NCBI GenBank assembly: GCA_965221165.1
Contig: CBDCRP010000003.1
Location: forward strand, 768,001-832,000
From: a bacterium
Lineage (GTDB): Bacteria; UBA8248
Direction: 5' to 3'
DNA length: 64,000 nt
Shown here one piece after another: positions 63,098 through 64,000 of the stretch. How positions within the stretch are numbered: position 1 is the first letter of the stretch; each line of letters starts with the position of its first letter. The notes under the pieces are model-generated. The model was not told the origin of the DNA. It was given only the letters and a program-made list of their open reading frames with translations, and searched no databases. The position numbers and the translations under genes are program-made.

Positions 63098-63865
63098 ATG
63101 GACTCTATCGACGCCGGCCAAAAGGTGCTGGACTGGCGCATCGAAACGATTGACGAGCCGAGTTCCACCAACGATTTGCTTTCGGCCAGGGCACGAGAAG
63201 GCGAAGCCGAAGGGCTCGTCATACGGGCAATATCCCAAACCAAAGGAAGGGGAAGAAGAGGACACTCCTGGTTTTCTCCGCCGGGGTGCGGATTGTACTT
63301 CTCGGCCCTGCTTCGCCCGAATGGAGAAACCGAAATTTCAGCCCCTCTGACGCTTTTGCTCGGCGTCGCCGTCGCAGAAGGCCTCGAAGAGGCGACGGGC
63401 CTTCGCATCGGGCTCAAATGGCCGAACGACCTGAGGGTGAATGGCAGAAAAATCGGCGGAATCCTGTGCGAATACATAAGCCTGCCGAACCAGTCTCCCG
63501 CCGTCGTCGCAGGCGTGGGGGTAAACCTCACGACGAGGGAAATTGATTTTCCTCCCGAACTGCGTGAATCGGCCTCCTCGGTTCTTCTCTCGGGGGGACG
63601 GGTTCCCGACGCGGAGCATCTTCTCCATCTCCTTCTGAGGCGCATCGCTTTCTGGTACAAGGAATACGAATCGAGTGGTTTCGGCGCCGTCCGGGACCGA
63701 TGGCTTCGATCATGCGACAATCTGGGCGAGACGATGTCCGTTCGCGTCGCGGATGAAAAGTTTTTTGGGAAAAACAAGGGAATTGACCAAGCGGGCCGCC
63801 TGCTACTCGAAAAACCCGACCGGTCAATCGAGAGAATAAACTCCGGCGAGGTGGAACTCCCATGA
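63098..63865 (+). CDS. birA: Biotin--[ACC] ligase (no HTH)
   Basis: STN, QTKGRGRRG.SW.SP, LKWPNDL, KIGGIL. Confidence 0.95.
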   Translation: MDSIDAGQKVLDWRIETIDEPSSTNDLLSARAREGEAEGLVIRAISQTKGRGRRGHSWFSPPGCGLYFSALLRPNGETEISAPLTLLLGVAVAEGLEEATGLRIGLKWPNDLRVNGRKIGGILCEYISLPNQSPAVVAGVGVNLTTREIDFPPELRESASSVLLSGGRVPDAEHLLHLLLRRIAFWYKEYESSGFGAVRDRWLRSCDNLGETMSVRVADEKFFGKNKGIDQAGRLLLEKPDRSIERINSGEVELP

Positions 63866-64000
63866 GCGAAAACTCCTATTTGCTGGCCATCGACGTAGGC
63901 AACACACAAACCGTCGTCGGGCTTTTCGACGGGGAGGACCTTATATCGAGTTGGAGGCTCGGCTCCGTGGCCCGCCGGACGACGGATGAACTGGCCATCC
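63862..64000 (+). CDS. coaX: Type III pantothenate kinase, 3'-truncated by window edge
   Basis: MSENSYLLAIDVGNTQTVVGLF...WRL...RTTDE; ATGA overlap with birA. Confidence 0.9.
   Translation, partial: MSENSYLLAIDVGNTQTVVGLFDGEDLISSWRLGSVARRTTDELAI

Overview
64 kb of a GC-rich diderm bacterial chromosome. The gene content is reminiscent of Nitrospinota/Tectomicrobia/delta-like lineages, but that is an impression only. It holds about 60 CDS and one tRNA-Leu(CAG); I saw no transposase, integrase or CRISPR array. The left part is catabolic/redox: two Mo-bis-PGD oxidoreductases (one in a ferredoxin-NrfD fusion/Mo/TorD operon without a Tat signal), a cyclase, RraA, a 4-domain rhodanese, an AttEFGH-like ABC/lipocalin cluster and a 2-oxoacid:ferredoxin oxidoreductase. 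The middle has trmJ-queA, HU/IHF and a large heat-shock run (clpB-dnaK-cbpA-hspR-htpX-grpE-dnaJ-DUF1844-rpoZ). The right part has housekeeping genes (ribF, tolC, ruvX, mltG, valS, birA, coaX). The main signal missed by the ORF track is two convergent genes with in-frame UGA codons, each followed by a SECIS-like hairpin: a B12/radical SAM enzyme with a C-U-A-E-P tail and an ArsC-family UxxC protein. They sit between an Fe-S carrier gene and a MarR-LLM-cyclase run. Also notable are an OmpA/MotB protein with about 580 aa of heptad-quantised coiled-coil repeats, a Zn-ribbon/GIY-YIG/TM-tail protein, and a RomR/PopZ-like pseudo-receiver before valS. All calls come from motif recognition by eye; no searches were run.
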